DNA from: Opitutales bacterium
GTDB lineage: Bacteria > Verrucomicrobiota > Verrucomicrobiia > Opitutales > UBA2995
Reading direction: 5' to 3'
Assembly: GCA_022824405.1 (NCBI GenBank)
Contig: JAJDZZ010000005.1
Coordinates: forward strand, 2,160-66,159
DNA: 64,000 nt
Shown here in pieces: positions 19,634 through 30,258 of this stretch. The notes beneath the pieces are model-generated. The model saw nothing but the letters and a program-made list of their open reading frames with translations. It did no database searches and was not told where the DNA came from. The number at the start of each line of letters is the position of its first letter. Position 1 is the stretch's first letter. Position numbers and translations under genes: made by a program.

Positions 19634-19672
19634 AAAGGTATCAAACCAAAGCCGAAATGCACCTTGGCAAAT
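19634..19672 (+). repeat. Right copy of the 39-bp direct repeat
   Basis: See 18833-18871. This copy ends 1 nt before the stop codon (19673) of the convergent Ig-like gene. Confidence 0.9.
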
Positions 19673-20845
19673 CTATGGATCAATTATTCGCACTCGAAGG
19701 CGGCTGAACTGGCGGGCGGAAAGCGGCAACTTCAAAACGAAATTTTCCATGGTCTGCTCAATGACCACTCCATTTTCCCCGTCGACCAATGGAGTCCACT
19801 GGGACGAATTCAGGTCATTAGTGGCTTCCGCCGAAACCTCGATTTCGGCACACGGTCTGAGAGCCGGGAACGTTAACAGGCGATAGGGAGTTGCTTGAAT
19901 AACCTCAGTCGAAATTACTGGAAATTTTCCCGCATCCGGCATCTGAGGCTCCAAGTCAAAAACAAACTCCAGAAGATTGGGAAGCGAATCACCATCCGGA
20001 TCACTCAAGGCTCCAGCCGTTTCGGAAGTTGGATCGTCAAAATGGCTTTCGGTCCAGACTTGCAGGGCGGGACCCGATTGCACCGTGACGAAGACAGGAG
20101 CGTCGGCCGGAGCGGGGACGACTTCAACGAGGTTATTCTGTCTCACCACTACCCGGTAACTACCTTCAACTTCCGCCGTCACGTTGGGCACAATGTAAAC
20201 CCGGGAAGTTGCCCCGGCGATGTCGGCAAACCCCACGTTGTCACTCCTTCGCGATTGCCACTGAAAAGTTGCGCCGGTTTCATCTGCCAATTCTACCTCC
20301 AACCTCAGCCTACAACCATCCACTACCCTTTGACTGACCGGTGCCCGGGTAATTTGAGGACCTGACAAGGTAATGTTGAAATCCAAATCCAATTCCCGAA
20401 CAGGCGCCGTTGGCACTCCCCAGGTCAGCACTCTGAGCTTGACCGGATAGTTGCCCGTCTGGTTGGGAATTCCGAAGATTAGCACCGTCCCGTTAGGCAC
20501 TTCTCCATCGCTGTCCTGATTGGTCTCCATTCCGGGCGGAAGATCGCCGATAATTTCCACTTTTCTGGGGGTAGCGCGTTCCGCCTGAACGGCCACCGTC
20601 ATGCGTTCGCCGACCACTCCCCGGACACTTCCCGTTACCTGGAAATCCCCGGTTGCCCCCGTTACGGTATTATAAGCGCCCACCGAGACGGCCGAGGCGA
20701 CAAACACTTTGGCCGCGTGCAACACCCGGGGCGCCAGGGCAAATTCCACCTCGACCAGGGATTTAATTAAAGGCGTCCTTTGCAAGAACAGACATAGGGC
20801 TATCCCAGGCCAGGTCAGAGTGAGCTTTGCGAGAAGTTTTTTCAT
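19673..20845 (-). CDS. Secreted Ig-like domain protein with C-terminal DPDGDSLPNLLEF motif
   Basis: Preferred start is MKKLLAKLTLTWPGIALCLF (signal-like, ATG 20845); the track ORF starts upstream at a TTG (21034). It contains an Ig-like repeat (QWQSRRSDNVGFADIAGATSRVYIVPNVTAEVEGSYRVVV) and a calcium-binding-like DPDGD motif. Confidence 0.6.
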   Translation of the reverse strand: MKKLLAKLTLTWPGIALCLFLQRTPLIKSLVEVEFALAPRVLHAAKVFVASAVSVGAYNTVTGATGDFQVTGSVRGVVGERMTVAVQAERATPRKVEIIGDLPPGMETNQDSDGEVPNGTVLIFGIPNQTGNYPVKLRVLTWGVPTAPVRELDLDFNITLSGPQITRAPVSQRVVDGCRLRLEVELADETGATFQWQSRRSDNVGFADIAGATSRVYIVPNVTAEVEGSYRVVVRQNNLVEVVPAPADAPVFVTVQSGPALQVWTESHFDDPTSETAGALSDPDGDSLPNLLEFVFDLEPQMPDAGKFPVISTEVIQATPYRLLTFPALRPCAEIEVSAEATNDLNSSQWTPLVDGENGVVIEQTMENFVLKLPLSARQFSRLRVRIIDP

Positions 20846-21185
20846 TCGACTGGGAACCGGGTCAGACCACCGCCAGTAACCCTGATTCAATGGCCGACCG
20901 GTGAAAAGGGTCAAACGTGAATGGCGCTTAATTAACCCGCATATCTCACAAAATTCGTGGCGAGCGAACGGAGGTCGAGCGCTGGCGGGGGTTTCGAGCA
21001 GATTCGGGAGTGAAACCGGGTCGACTCCCTGCAAAGTCCCGAATCCAGGGAAATCCCCGCCAGCGCCGACATACCGGAGCGCAGTATAATGAGAGCATGA
21101 GGTATGGCGCCCATCGGGGTCTTTTCCTGAAACCGTGCAGGATTATGCGGGATTTAAGAATTGACCCCCTTCTCCGAAGACGTGA

Positions 21186-22556
<1,371 letters not shown>

Positions 22557-22583
22557 AGCGAGGCTTCCTAGCGAAAAAGACTT

Positions 22584-23018
22584 ATGCATCCACAACTATA
22601 CCTCTGGTTAACGGTTATCCATCTCGTTTCCGTCATGGCCTACGCGGTCAGTCTCTTTTATTTGCCAAGGATTCTCGTCCATGTGGCCGAGGGCAAGGCG
22701 GAGGCCCAATCGGTGGACCGACTCTTCATCATGGCCCGCAAATTGTTCAAATTTGGCAATATCATGTTGGTCGTATCCCTTATTAGCGGCCTATGGGTAG
22801 CCATAGAATTGGGATTCCTTTCGGGACAGGGCTGGCTGCACGCAAAGCTGACCCTGGTCTTGCTGTTCATCGGTTACAACCACGTGACATTCGGGATGGT
22901 CAAAAAAGCCGAACGGGGGAAGCTGACCTGGTCTTCCAAGGCCCTGCGGTGGTTCAACGAGATTCCCCTCATCGCCCTCATCGCCATTGTCTACCTCGTC
23001 ATAGCCAAACCGTTTTAG
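22584..23018 (+). CDS. hemJ: Protoporphyrinogen IX oxidase HemJ (UPF0093 membrane protein)
   Basis: 144 aa with 4 TM segments and a HemJ-like N-terminus LYLWLTVIHLVSVMAYAVSLFYLPRILVHVAEG. Confidence 0.7.
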   Translation: MHPQLYLWLTVIHLVSVMAYAVSLFYLPRILVHVAEGKAEAQSVDRLFIMARKLFKFGNIMLVVSLISGLWVAIELGFLSGQGWLHAKLTLVLLFIGYNHVTFGMVKKAERGKLTWSSKALRWFNEIPLIALIAIVYLVIAKPF

Positions 23019-23035
23019 TCCGGATTTACCACAGA

Positions 23036-23088
23036 GAACTCAGAGAACACAGAGATTATTTGTGATCGTGATCGATTGAAGGGGAGGA
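23036..23088. repeat. Mosaic repeat modules A and G
   Basis: ttaccacagagaactcagagaacacagag followed by tgtgatcgtgatcgattg. Degenerate A-, F- and B-like copies continue up to 23190. Confidence 0.8.
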
Positions 23089-23198
23089 ACTAACATCTGA
23101 GGACGCAGAGGGCCCAGAGTTTCCGCTTAAATCTGTGAATACCATCTATTTGAGTCCTTTGTGCATTTTGTGGCCAAACTTCCCTCAATTGTATAATC

Positions 23199-23278
23199 TT
23201 TGTGCCTTTGTGCCTTTGTGCCTTTGTGCCTTTGTGCCTTTGTGCCTTTGTGCCTTTGTGCCTTTGTGCCTTTGTGCC
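23199..23278. repeat. Perfect 10-copy tandem array of the 8-bp unit tttgtgcc (module B)
   Basis: Read directly from the sequence: 80 bp without a mismatch, located between the convergent hemJ and TonB-receptor genes. Confidence 0.97.
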
Positions 23279-23295
23279 TAGGCGAGATCCCATTC

Positions 23296-25152
23296 CTAAA
23301 ACCGATAGACTGAGCTGACAGAAACCTGCCGGGGACTGGCCGGCACGGAAGGGATTTCTTCAAAGCGACTGTCCCAAAAGTTTTCCACGGCCAGGCTGAA
23401 TTCGAGTCCTTCTACCGACTCGGGAAAATAAAAAAGGCCCAAAGACGATATCACCGCCTCGTCCACTCCGTTGGACCGAAGGGAGTTTTTCTCCTGCATG
23501 CGCAGCTCGTTGTCGGAACGAATTTCCAATCCGGGCAAGAATTGGTAGATTAATGCCAAGGTCAGGCGATGCCGGGCAAAATTGAGCGCGTAAAAACTGG
23601 CGTCGACCAGCGCGTCACCGTAATCCTCGGACTTGGAAAGAAGGGTGTAACCGGCCACCACTCGGCCCCGATCAAAGGAGAATTGGCCCAGCAGTTCCAC
23701 CCCGGTGGTTTCAATGTCCACGTGGTTTGCCGTGCGCCCGAATACCCCTTCGGTATAGGTCCAGTCGACCAAATCCCCGTCATCCCGCACAAATGCCGCG
23801 CCTTGAAATACATAGCGCTCCCCTTGGGTCCGGTAACCCACTTCCATATTCCGGGATGTCTCCCGTCCAAGGTTCTGATTGCCCCTGAAGAGTCCGCCAC
23901 TGGGATTGGAGGCGATGGCGGTGTACCCCGGCACCTGAGTCGCTTCAGAAATGTCCAGGTAAACCTGCCAGGATCGGTCCCTGGAAACCGGAGCCTGGTA
24001 GGTCAGATTAAAGACGGGGGAGGTATTACCGGATCCGCGGTTGTTGTCATCGCGAATCACCCCACCCGAAACCGTCCACTCCCCGTCACCCGAGCCATCG
24101 AATGAGGTCTCTGCCATAGCTCCAAATTTCAAATAGGAACGATTCATGAAGTCTCCAAACGTGAGCGAGGTCGATTCAATGGTGTCATCCACCCACTCCA
24201 CTTTCCCCGTCAGGAACCAATCATGGAGCAGCCAGAATCCTTCCGCCGCCAAATCCGCTACCCTGCTCTCATGCTCGAAGGGATTGAACGCGCCCGGATT
24301 GCGGCGATCGAACTCGTAATCGTCCTTATGCCGCCGGTAATAACCGCTCAACTGCAACCCGAAGTCTTCGCCTTCAATGGAATGATTGAGGAATAGCAGG
24401 TTTGTCTCCAGGTCCTCGGTCTCCGGTACCCCGAAAGGGGTGTACATATTGGGCCATCCAAAAAATTTTGTCTGATAACCATAGAAGAAATCGGTCTGAG
24501 ACCGGTCATTGGATACCTGGAACCTTCCGCTGATACGGTCGAAGAGATGATCTCCATTGGCAATGGTGCCATCCGATTCGGAGTGGGCTACCTCCACGTC
24601 AAACCCGTAGTTGCGATCTTCGGCTCCAACCGTATGGGCGCCGTAGGCCCGCCCGAAAAACAGACCATCCTCACCCAAACCAAGAGCCAGTTCCTGCAAC
24701 GGCCGAACCGGTTGCCAACCGAATTGTACCGAACCGACCCCGGAATTGAAACCGGCAAAGGCGTTCTCCGACCCGGTGAGGATGCTGGGTGGAGAAATCA
24801 TGTTGGGCGCCACGGGAATCTCGGCGAAGTAATGCCCGGTCTGCGGATCGAACAGGGTAGCGGCGCCCAGCATAAAACCGGTATTTTCAAAGATACCGCC
24901 TCGAATGGTCACATCACCCTGACTCTCTACGGAATTCCGCGACTGCACGTCAACCAACGGCTCAAATTTCAGGGAGGATACCGGCATGCTGAAAGTGGAA
25001 AGGGACTCCTCCAATGCAATGCGATGGCCCAAAGTTTCATGCGGAGCCAAATGGATCAATGGCAAATCGGAATCTTCCTCCTGAGAGAAGAGTCCCCATT
25101 CGATACCGGGGCTCGCCATTGCGATCAGGGTTATAAGGGGCCTGAGTTCCAT
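23296..25152 (-). CDS. TonB-dependent receptor-like outer-membrane beta-barrel
   Basis: Signal peptide, plug-like segment (VESQGDVTIRGGIFENTGFMLGAATLFDPQTGH), long alternating beta-strand pattern and a C-terminal aromatic residue (...VSSVYRF). Confidence 0.7.
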   Translation of the reverse strand: MELRPLITLIAMASPGIEWGLFSQEEDSDLPLIHLAPHETLGHRIALEESLSTFSMPVSSLKFEPLVDVQSRNSVESQGDVTIRGGIFENTGFMLGAATLFDPQTGHYFAEIPVAPNMISPPSILTGSENAFAGFNSGVGSVQFGWQPVRPLQELALGLGEDGLFFGRAYGAHTVGAEDRNYGFDVEVAHSESDGTIANGDHLFDRISGRFQVSNDRSQTDFFYGYQTKFFGWPNMYTPFGVPETEDLETNLLFLNHSIEGEDFGLQLSGYYRRHKDDYEFDRRNPGAFNPFEHESRVADLAAEGFWLLHDWFLTGKVEWVDDTIESTSLTFGDFMNRSYLKFGAMAETSFDGSGDGEWTVSGGVIRDDNNRGSGNTSPVFNLTYQAPVSRDRSWQVYLDISEATQVPGYTAIASNPSGGLFRGNQNLGRETSRNMEVGYRTQGERYVFQGAAFVRDDGDLVDWTYTEGVFGRTANHVDIETTGVELLGQFSFDRGRVVAGYTLLSKSEDYGDALVDASFYALNFARHRLTLALIYQFLPGLEIRSDNELRMQEKNSLRSNGVDEAVISSLGLFYFPESVEGLEFSLAVENFWDSRFEEIPSVPASPRQVSVSSVYRF

Positions 25153-25262
25153 GCAAACTCGATGACTTGATGAGGAATTTTCCGGTTAAGGCAATTCTAT
25201 TGTTGGCTCAGAGTTGGCCTGCCAATATTTCCTGCAAAACCTTAAATTGGTGTTAATCCTCC

Positions 25263-25916
25263 ATGCCATCCTTCAAATCCATCGAACACGTCATCTGGGA
25301 TTGGAACGGAACACTGTTAGACGACGTCCAATTGTGCGTCGACGTAATCAACCGCATTCTGCACCAGCGGAGCCTCCCCAGAATTTCGGTCCGGCAGTAC
25401 AGGGAAACCTTCGATTTCCCCGTCATCGATTATTACCTCAAATTGGGTTTCAACCTGAAAAAGGACAGCTTCGAAGACCTGACCGATGAGTTTATCGGCG
25501 CTTACGAAAGCAAGCGCCGGTCTTTGCAACTCCATCCCGGAGCCAAAGAGGCCCTTAGGATTTTTCAGCGCAACCGGATTCCTCAATGTATGCTGTCAGC
25601 TGCGAAAAAAGAGTCGCTTCTCTCCTACCTCCACCAATACGGCATAACTTCCTTTTTCAAATCCGTCCTCGGTTTGGACCACCATTACGCCGATGGAAAA
25701 ATCCACCTGGGGAACAAGTGGATAAGGAACCATCACCTGGAAAAAGAAAGAATTCTCTTTATCGGAGATACCCTTCACGACCTGAAGGTGGCACGGGCGA
25801 TGGGGGTAAGATGCATCCTTGTGGTCACGGGGCACAACTCCGAAAGCCGACTGAAAGCCCACCACAACGAAGTCGTGGGCAATCTCCACGAGGTTTTGCA
25901 AAGGTTTAATTTTTAG
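25263..25916 (+). CDS. HAD-superfamily hydrolase (phosphoglycolate phosphatase-like)
   Basis: Motif I variant VIWDWNGTLLDD, motif IV LFIGDTLHDLKVARAMG, 217 aa. Confidence 0.8.
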   Translation: MPSFKSIEHVIWDWNGTLLDDVQLCVDVINRILHQRSLPRISVRQYRETFDFPVIDYYLKLGFNLKKDSFEDLTDEFIGAYESKRRSLQLHPGAKEALRIFQRNRIPQCMLSAAKKESLLSYLHQYGITSFFKSVLGLDHHYADGKIHLGNKWIRNHHLEKERILFIGDTLHDLKVARAMGVRCILVVTGHNSESRLKAHHNEVVGNLHEVLQRFNF

Positions 25917-26203
25917 TGGACAAATCCCCTGAAACGGTTCCCCTTTTTGCCATGGGAAAATCCACCAAACAACCATTCCACTTTGGCAACCCATTGGTAA
26001 ACCTTGTCTTTACCGCATTGGCCTTCCTGTTTTTTCTCTGGATCCTTCGACCCCATGTTCCGGCCCAAAGCGAGCTCTACCGCTGGATTTTCGCAACCTT
26101 GCCGGCCACCGCATTGACCCTCACCTTCTACCTCTGCCTGGCCATGTACCGGGTGACGGTCAACGACCATAGGAAGAGGCACAAAGGCACAAAGAAAGGC
26201 TGA
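25916..26203 (+). CDS. Possible small 2-TM membrane protein (uncertain)
   Basis: The GTG start overlaps the HAD stop by 1 nt and there are two hydrophobic helices. The last about 10 codons (HRKRHKGTKKG) are encoded by reversed module B, so the 3' end may be fortuitous. Confidence 0.3.
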   Translation: MDKSPETVPLFAMGKSTKQPFHFGNPLVNLVFTALAFLFFLWILRPHVPAQSELYRWIFATLPATALTLTFYLCLAMYRVTVNDHRKRHKGTKKG

Positions 26204-26358
26204 AGGAAGAAGGCTAAAGGCTGAATAGGTAGCCCGGATGTCTCACGAAATCCTGTGCGTCCTGTTCATCCATGTTTCATTTTCGATCACGATCACGATA
26301 AATTACTTCGTGCCCCTTCGTGGATCAAATTCCTCATTCCTAATTGGCGCCGGAGGCG
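26178..26358. repeat. Mosaic repeat cluster (B-rev, H-rev, F-like, G, B-like, D, E)
   Basis: Modules read directly: ggcacaaaggcacaaag; ggctgaaggaagaaggctaaagg; tcgatcacgatcacgata; aaattcctcattcctaatt; ttggcgccggaggcg. The D/E part contains the tatC stop codon. Confidence 0.85.
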
Positions 26359-27278
26359 TCATTATCCTCCTCTTCAGGACCACCATCCGCTTCATCGGCG
26401 GATTCATTCTCGGCCGATTCGTCCAAACCGGCGTCCAAGTCCTTATGGTCGGCCTCGAAATCATAATAATCGTCCTCTTCCCAGTTGCCGAATTCGGCTT
26501 CGTATTCCCGCTTTCTTTTACGCTCTATGAAGCCGGCCACGATAACGGATCCCTCGTAGAGCAACCACATGGGTCCCGCCATTAGCAGTTGAGTAAAAGG
26601 ATCGCCCGTTGGGGTGATTATCGCGGCCAGGACAAAAAATCCAACTATGGCGTAGCGCCTTGCCTTCTTGAGCTGTTGCTGACGGAGAATTCCCACGTAA
26701 ACCAGGAGGGTAATGGCCAGGGGAAACTCGAAACTCAGACCGATACCCAGAACCATCCACAACAATAAACTGATATAACGGTCGGCCCGCCAGATGAGTT
26801 CCAGGCCCAGCAGTTTATTGAGGTAAATGGAGACGTTGAGGGCGGCGGGAATGAGGACGAAAAAGCTGAATAGGCATCCCAAACAAAATAAAAGCAGTCC
26901 CACGAAGCAACCCGGCAAAAGCACGCGCTTCTCTTTCACATTGAGGCCGGGGGCCACAAAGGTGGAGACAAAATAAAGGATGAAGGGGGATGCCAAGGAA
27001 ATCCCGCCCATGAACCCAATCTGAAGAAGGAAGGAAAACACCCCAAAGGGACCCGTTGTGACCAGGGCTTCGGTAACCCCATGGTTGGCCATGGCCTTTT
27101 CCAGAGGCGCGCGCAGGAATTGGTTGAATTTTATGAAGAACACGGCCACCACGAGGACAGCCAGAATAAAGGACACCACCGATTTGAACAAAACATGCCG
27201 AAGCTCCTCCAGGTGCTCCAGAAACGTCATTTGAAGCTCACCCGACTTCTCCAGATCCTCGCTTTCTCCCGCTACCAT
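26340..27278 (-). CDS. tatC: Twin-arginine translocase subunit TatC with acidic C-terminal tail
   Basis: TatC N-terminal signature MTFLEHLEELRHVLFKS and 6 TM segments. There is an acidic extension of about 55 aa (EYEAEFGNWEEDDYYDFEADHKDLD...EEEDNDASGAN). The start is either 27278 or the internal M at MTFLEHL. Confidence 0.9.
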   Translation of the reverse strand: MVAGESEDLEKSGELQMTFLEHLEELRHVLFKSVVSFILAVLVVAVFFIKFNQFLRAPLEKAMANHGVTEALVTTGPFGVFSFLLQIGFMGGISLASPFILYFVSTFVAPGLNVKEKRVLLPGCFVGLLLFCLGCLFSFFVLIPAALNVSIYLNKLLGLELIWRADRYISLLLWMVLGIGLSFEFPLAITLLVYVGILRQQQLKKARRYAIVGFFVLAAIITPTGDPFTQLLMAGPMWLLYEGSVIVAGFIERKRKREYEAEFGNWEEDDYYDFEADHKDLDAGLDESAENESADEADGGPEEEDNDASGAN

Positions 27279-27478
27279 TTCCGCAACTTTTTCGATTCGT
27301 ATCCTGATTCACAAACATGTTGCGGCCCTGACGGCAACCCCGGAGTTTCTCCTGACATGGAGGAAGGTTCCAACAGTTTCTTAACCATTGACAGAAAAAA
27401 TTCATTTTGTTCAATTGCGGCCTTTCTCAATCGGGCTACCCCCGAATTAACGCTTACAAACCCCAAATCCAACATATC

Positions 27479-30247
27479 ATGGCAAAAAGCGTCAGCAATG
27501 AAACGGCCAGCCCGACGGAACCTATTGCAGAGGGAACGGGCCTGTCCAAACCGGTTAAATACATTTACGACTTCGGGACAAAAACCGATGGCAAGGGAAG
27601 CCAAAAAAACCTTCTCGGAGGGAAAGGAGCCAACTTGGCCGAAATGAGCCGCATCGGATTGCCCGTGCCGCCCGGCTTCACCATCTCCACCGAAGTTTGC
27701 ACCTACTTCTATCAAAACGACTTGCAGTATCCGCCTAACCTGGAAAGCGATGTGCGGGCTTCGGTGCGCCTGATTGAAAAGCAGCAGGGCAAAGAGTTCG
27801 GCAACGCCGACGATCCCCTTCTTTTTTCCGTGCGTTCGGGCGCGCGCGAATCCATGCCCGGGATGATGGATACCATCCTCAACCTGGGGTTGAACGACGA
27901 GACCGTAGAGGGTTTAGCCGCCAAATCGAACAATCCGCGTTTCGCTTACGACTGCTACCGGCGGTTTATTCAAATGTATGGTGACGTCGTCATGGGGGTA
28001 CAACCCATATCCGAGCACGTGCACGAACCATTCGACGAGGTCATGGACAGACTTAAAAAAAGAGTCGGGGTGGAACGGGACAACGACCTCACCGAGGAAC
28101 ACCTTCTCGAGCTTATCCAAAGTTTCAAAGACCTCATCAAAGAACGCACCAACTCGGAATTCCCCCAGGACGTTTGGCAGCAGCTCTGGGGAGCGGTGGG
28201 AGCCGTATTCAGCTCTTGGAATAACGACCGCGCCCTGGTCTATCGCCAGCAATACCATATTCCGGCCGAATGGGGAACGGCGGTCAATGTGCAGACCATG
28301 GTTTTCGGCAATCTGGGGGACACCTCGGGCACAGGGGTGGCCTTCACCCGCGATCCGGCCAACGGTGAAAAAGTGTTCTACGGAGAATACCTGATCAATG
28401 CTCAGGGAGAGGACGTTGTCGCCGGGGTGCGCACCCCCAAACCCATCGCGCAACTGGCCCGGGAAATGCCCAAATCCCACGCCGAACTGGAGGAAGTCCG
28501 GACCAAACTGGAAGTACATTTCCGGGACATGCAGGATTTCGAATTTACCATCGAGGAAGGCAAACTCTATATGCTGCAAACCCGCAACGGCAAACGCACC
28601 GGTCTGGCTGCGGTGCGCATAGCGGTCGAAATGGAGAAGGAAGGCCTGATGACCATCGAATCGGCCGTTACCAAAATCCCGGCCGATTCCATATCCAGCC
28701 TGCTGGTGCCCATTTTCGATGAAAAGAGCCGCCGGTCCGCCAGAAAGATCGCCTCCGGTCTGCCGGCGGGGCCGGGAGCGGCCTCCGGCAAGGTGGTATT
28801 CTCCTCCAGCACGGCCGAACGGTTGACCAAGCACGGAACCAAGGTGGTGCTGTGCCGCGTGGAAACTACCCCGGACGATCTTCGCGGAATGATCGCCTCC
28901 GAGGGAATCCTCACCTCGCGCGGCGGGGTTTCCTCCCACGCTGCCCTTGTGGCACGCCAGATGGGCAAGGTTTGCGTATGCGGAGCCCAGGAGGTGCAAA
29001 TCAACTACGAAAACCGCAGCTTCAGGGCCGGCCAAACCGTTCTGCACGAAGGTGACTTCGTCTCTATCGACGGCACCACCGGGGAAATATTCGCCGGTCA
29101 CCTGGATACGGCTCCCTCGGAGGTTTCCCAGGTCCTATCGGGCGATTTGAGCGCTGAAAAAAGCTATACCTACAACTTGTTCGAAACCGTCATGAATTGG
29201 GCGGACCGCTATCGAAAGCTCCGGGTGCGCACCAACGCCGATACACCCGAACAAGCCAATATGGCAGTTTCATTGGGAGCGGAAGGCATCGGCCTCTGCA
29301 GAACCGAGCACATGTTCTTTGAAGGGGACCGCATCAATTCCATGCGTCAAATGATTTTGGCGGGGGATGGCGATGAACGCAAAGCGGCCCTGAAAAAACT
29401 CCTCCCCTTCCAACGAGAAGACTTCGTCGGCCTGTTCAAAGCCATGAACGGCTATGCCGTCACCATTCGCCTGTTGGACCCGCCTTTGCACGAATTCCTT
29501 CCCCAGGACGACGCAAGCCGTCGCGCCTTGGCCGACACCCTGAATGTTTCCCCCGAGGTCATTATCGACCGCGTCAAGAACCTGCACGAACAAAACCCCA
29601 TGCTGGGTCACCGGGGGTGCCGGCTCGGCATCTCCTATCCGGAGATCACCGAAATGCAGGCCCGGGCCATCTTTGAAGCAATCGCTCAGGTAACCAATCT
29701 GAAGCCTGCCGTAAAGGTTCTTCCCGAGGTAATGGTGCCCCTCGTGGGATTCGCCGACGAATTGAAAAATCAGGTTAAAATCATTCACGAGGTTGCCGCC
29801 GATGTCATGGCCAGGAAGAACGTGACCTTCAAATACCTGGTCGGAACCATGATTGAAGTGCCTCGGGCCGCTTTACAAGCCGATGAAATAGCTGAAACTG
29901 CCGAATTTTTCAGTTTCGGTACCAACGACCTGACCCAAACCACCCTTGGAATGAGCCGGGATGACTCCGGTTCCTTCCTGCCCGATTACAAAGACCTGGA
30001 AATTATCAACCAGAATCCATTTGCCAGTATCGATCAGGCCGGAGTGGGCAAACTGGTGGAATTGGCTTCGGAAAAAGGCCGAGCCAAAAGCAAGGATTTC
30101 AAACTTGGCATTTGTGGAGAACATGGAGGGGATCCAACCTCCATCGCCTTTTTCCACAAAACCGGGTTGGATTACGTCAGTTGCTCTCCTCCGCGAGTGC
30201 CCGTGGCCCGTCTGGCTGCCGCCCAGGCCGCCCTGGCTCAAGGGTAA
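27479..30247 (+). CDS. ppdK: Pyruvate, phosphate dikinase
   Basis: [26 protein letters not shown] (phosphohistidine region), [10 protein letters not shown] and [10 protein letters not shown] are all present. The preferred start is ATG 27479 (MAKSVSNE); the track ORF starts at 27407. Confidence 0.95.
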   Translation: MAKSVSNETASPTEPIAEGTGLSKPVKYIYDFGTKTDGKGSQKNLLGGKGANLAEMSRIGLPVPPGFTISTEVCTYFYQNDLQYPPNLESDVRASVRLIEKQQGKEFGNADDPLLFSVRSGARESMPGMMDTILNLGLNDETVEGLAAKSNNPRFAYDCYRRFIQMYGDVVMGVQPISEHVHEPFDEVMDRLKKRVGVERDNDLTEEHLLELIQSFKDLIKERTNSEFPQDVWQQLWGAVGAVFSSWNNDRALVYRQQYHIPAEWGTAVNVQTMVFGNLGDTSGTGVAFTRDPANGEKVFYGEYLINAQGEDVVAGVRTPKPIAQLAREMPKSHAELEEVRTKLEVHFRDMQDFEFTIEEGKLYMLQTRNGKRTGLAAVRIAVEMEKEGLMTIESAVTKIPADSISSLLVPIFDEKSRRSARKIASGLPAGPGAASGKVVFSSSTAERLTKHGTKVVLCRVETTPDDLRGMIASEGILTSRGGVSSHAALVARQMGKVCVCGAQEVQINYENRSFRAGQTVLHEGDFVSIDGTTGEIFAGHLDTAPSEVSQVLSGDLSAEKSYTYNLFETVMNWADRYRKLRVRTNADTPEQANMAVSLGAEGIGLCRTEHMFFEGDRINSMRQMILAGDGDERKAALKKLLPFQREDFVGLFKAMNGYAVTIRLLDPPLHEFLPQDDASRRALADTLNVSPEVIIDRVKNLHEQNPMLGHRGCRLGISYPEITEMQARAIFEAIAQVTNLKPAVKVLPEVMVPLVGFADELKNQVKIIHEVAADVMARKNVTFKYLVGTMIEVPRAALQADEIAETAEFFSFGTNDLTQTTLGMSRDDSGSFLPDYKDLEIINQNPFASIDQAGVGKLVELASEKGRAKSKDFKLGICGEHGGDPTSIAFFHKTGLDYVSCSPPRVPVARLAAAQAALAQG

Positions 30248-30258
30248 TAGTGTTTAAT

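Noticed and set aside
18833-19672. Integron gene cassette (attC) interpretation of the TA cassette.
   Set aside because: There is no integrase or attI in the window, and the 39-bp repeats are direct copies without the imperfect-palindrome structure of attC sites. It is kept only as a generic 'inserted cassette' finding.
23199-23278. Possible CRISPR array, suggested by regularly spaced identical short repeats.
   Set aside because: The repeats are contiguous 8-bp units with no unique spacers. There are no cas genes in the window.
23090-23363. ORFs 23090-23293 and 23127-23363, which translate to GTKAQRHKGTKAQRHK... repeats.
   Set aside because: They are pure read-through of the (tttgtgcc)10 microsatellite and neighbouring modules. 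The 8-aa periodicity simply equals 3 DNA units. There is no start context and they lie in a convergent spacer.
26340-26500. The acidic 55-aa C-terminal tail of TatC as a separate feature or fusion.
   Set aside because: It is a low-complexity extension without domain signatures and is probably lineage-specific disorder. Only its repeat-derived last codons are noteworthy, and those are covered elsewhere.
27914-29101. 395-aa minus-strand ORF, together with 29270-29788 and 29873-30241.
   Set aside because: They are antisense to ppdK and have no recognisable motifs.
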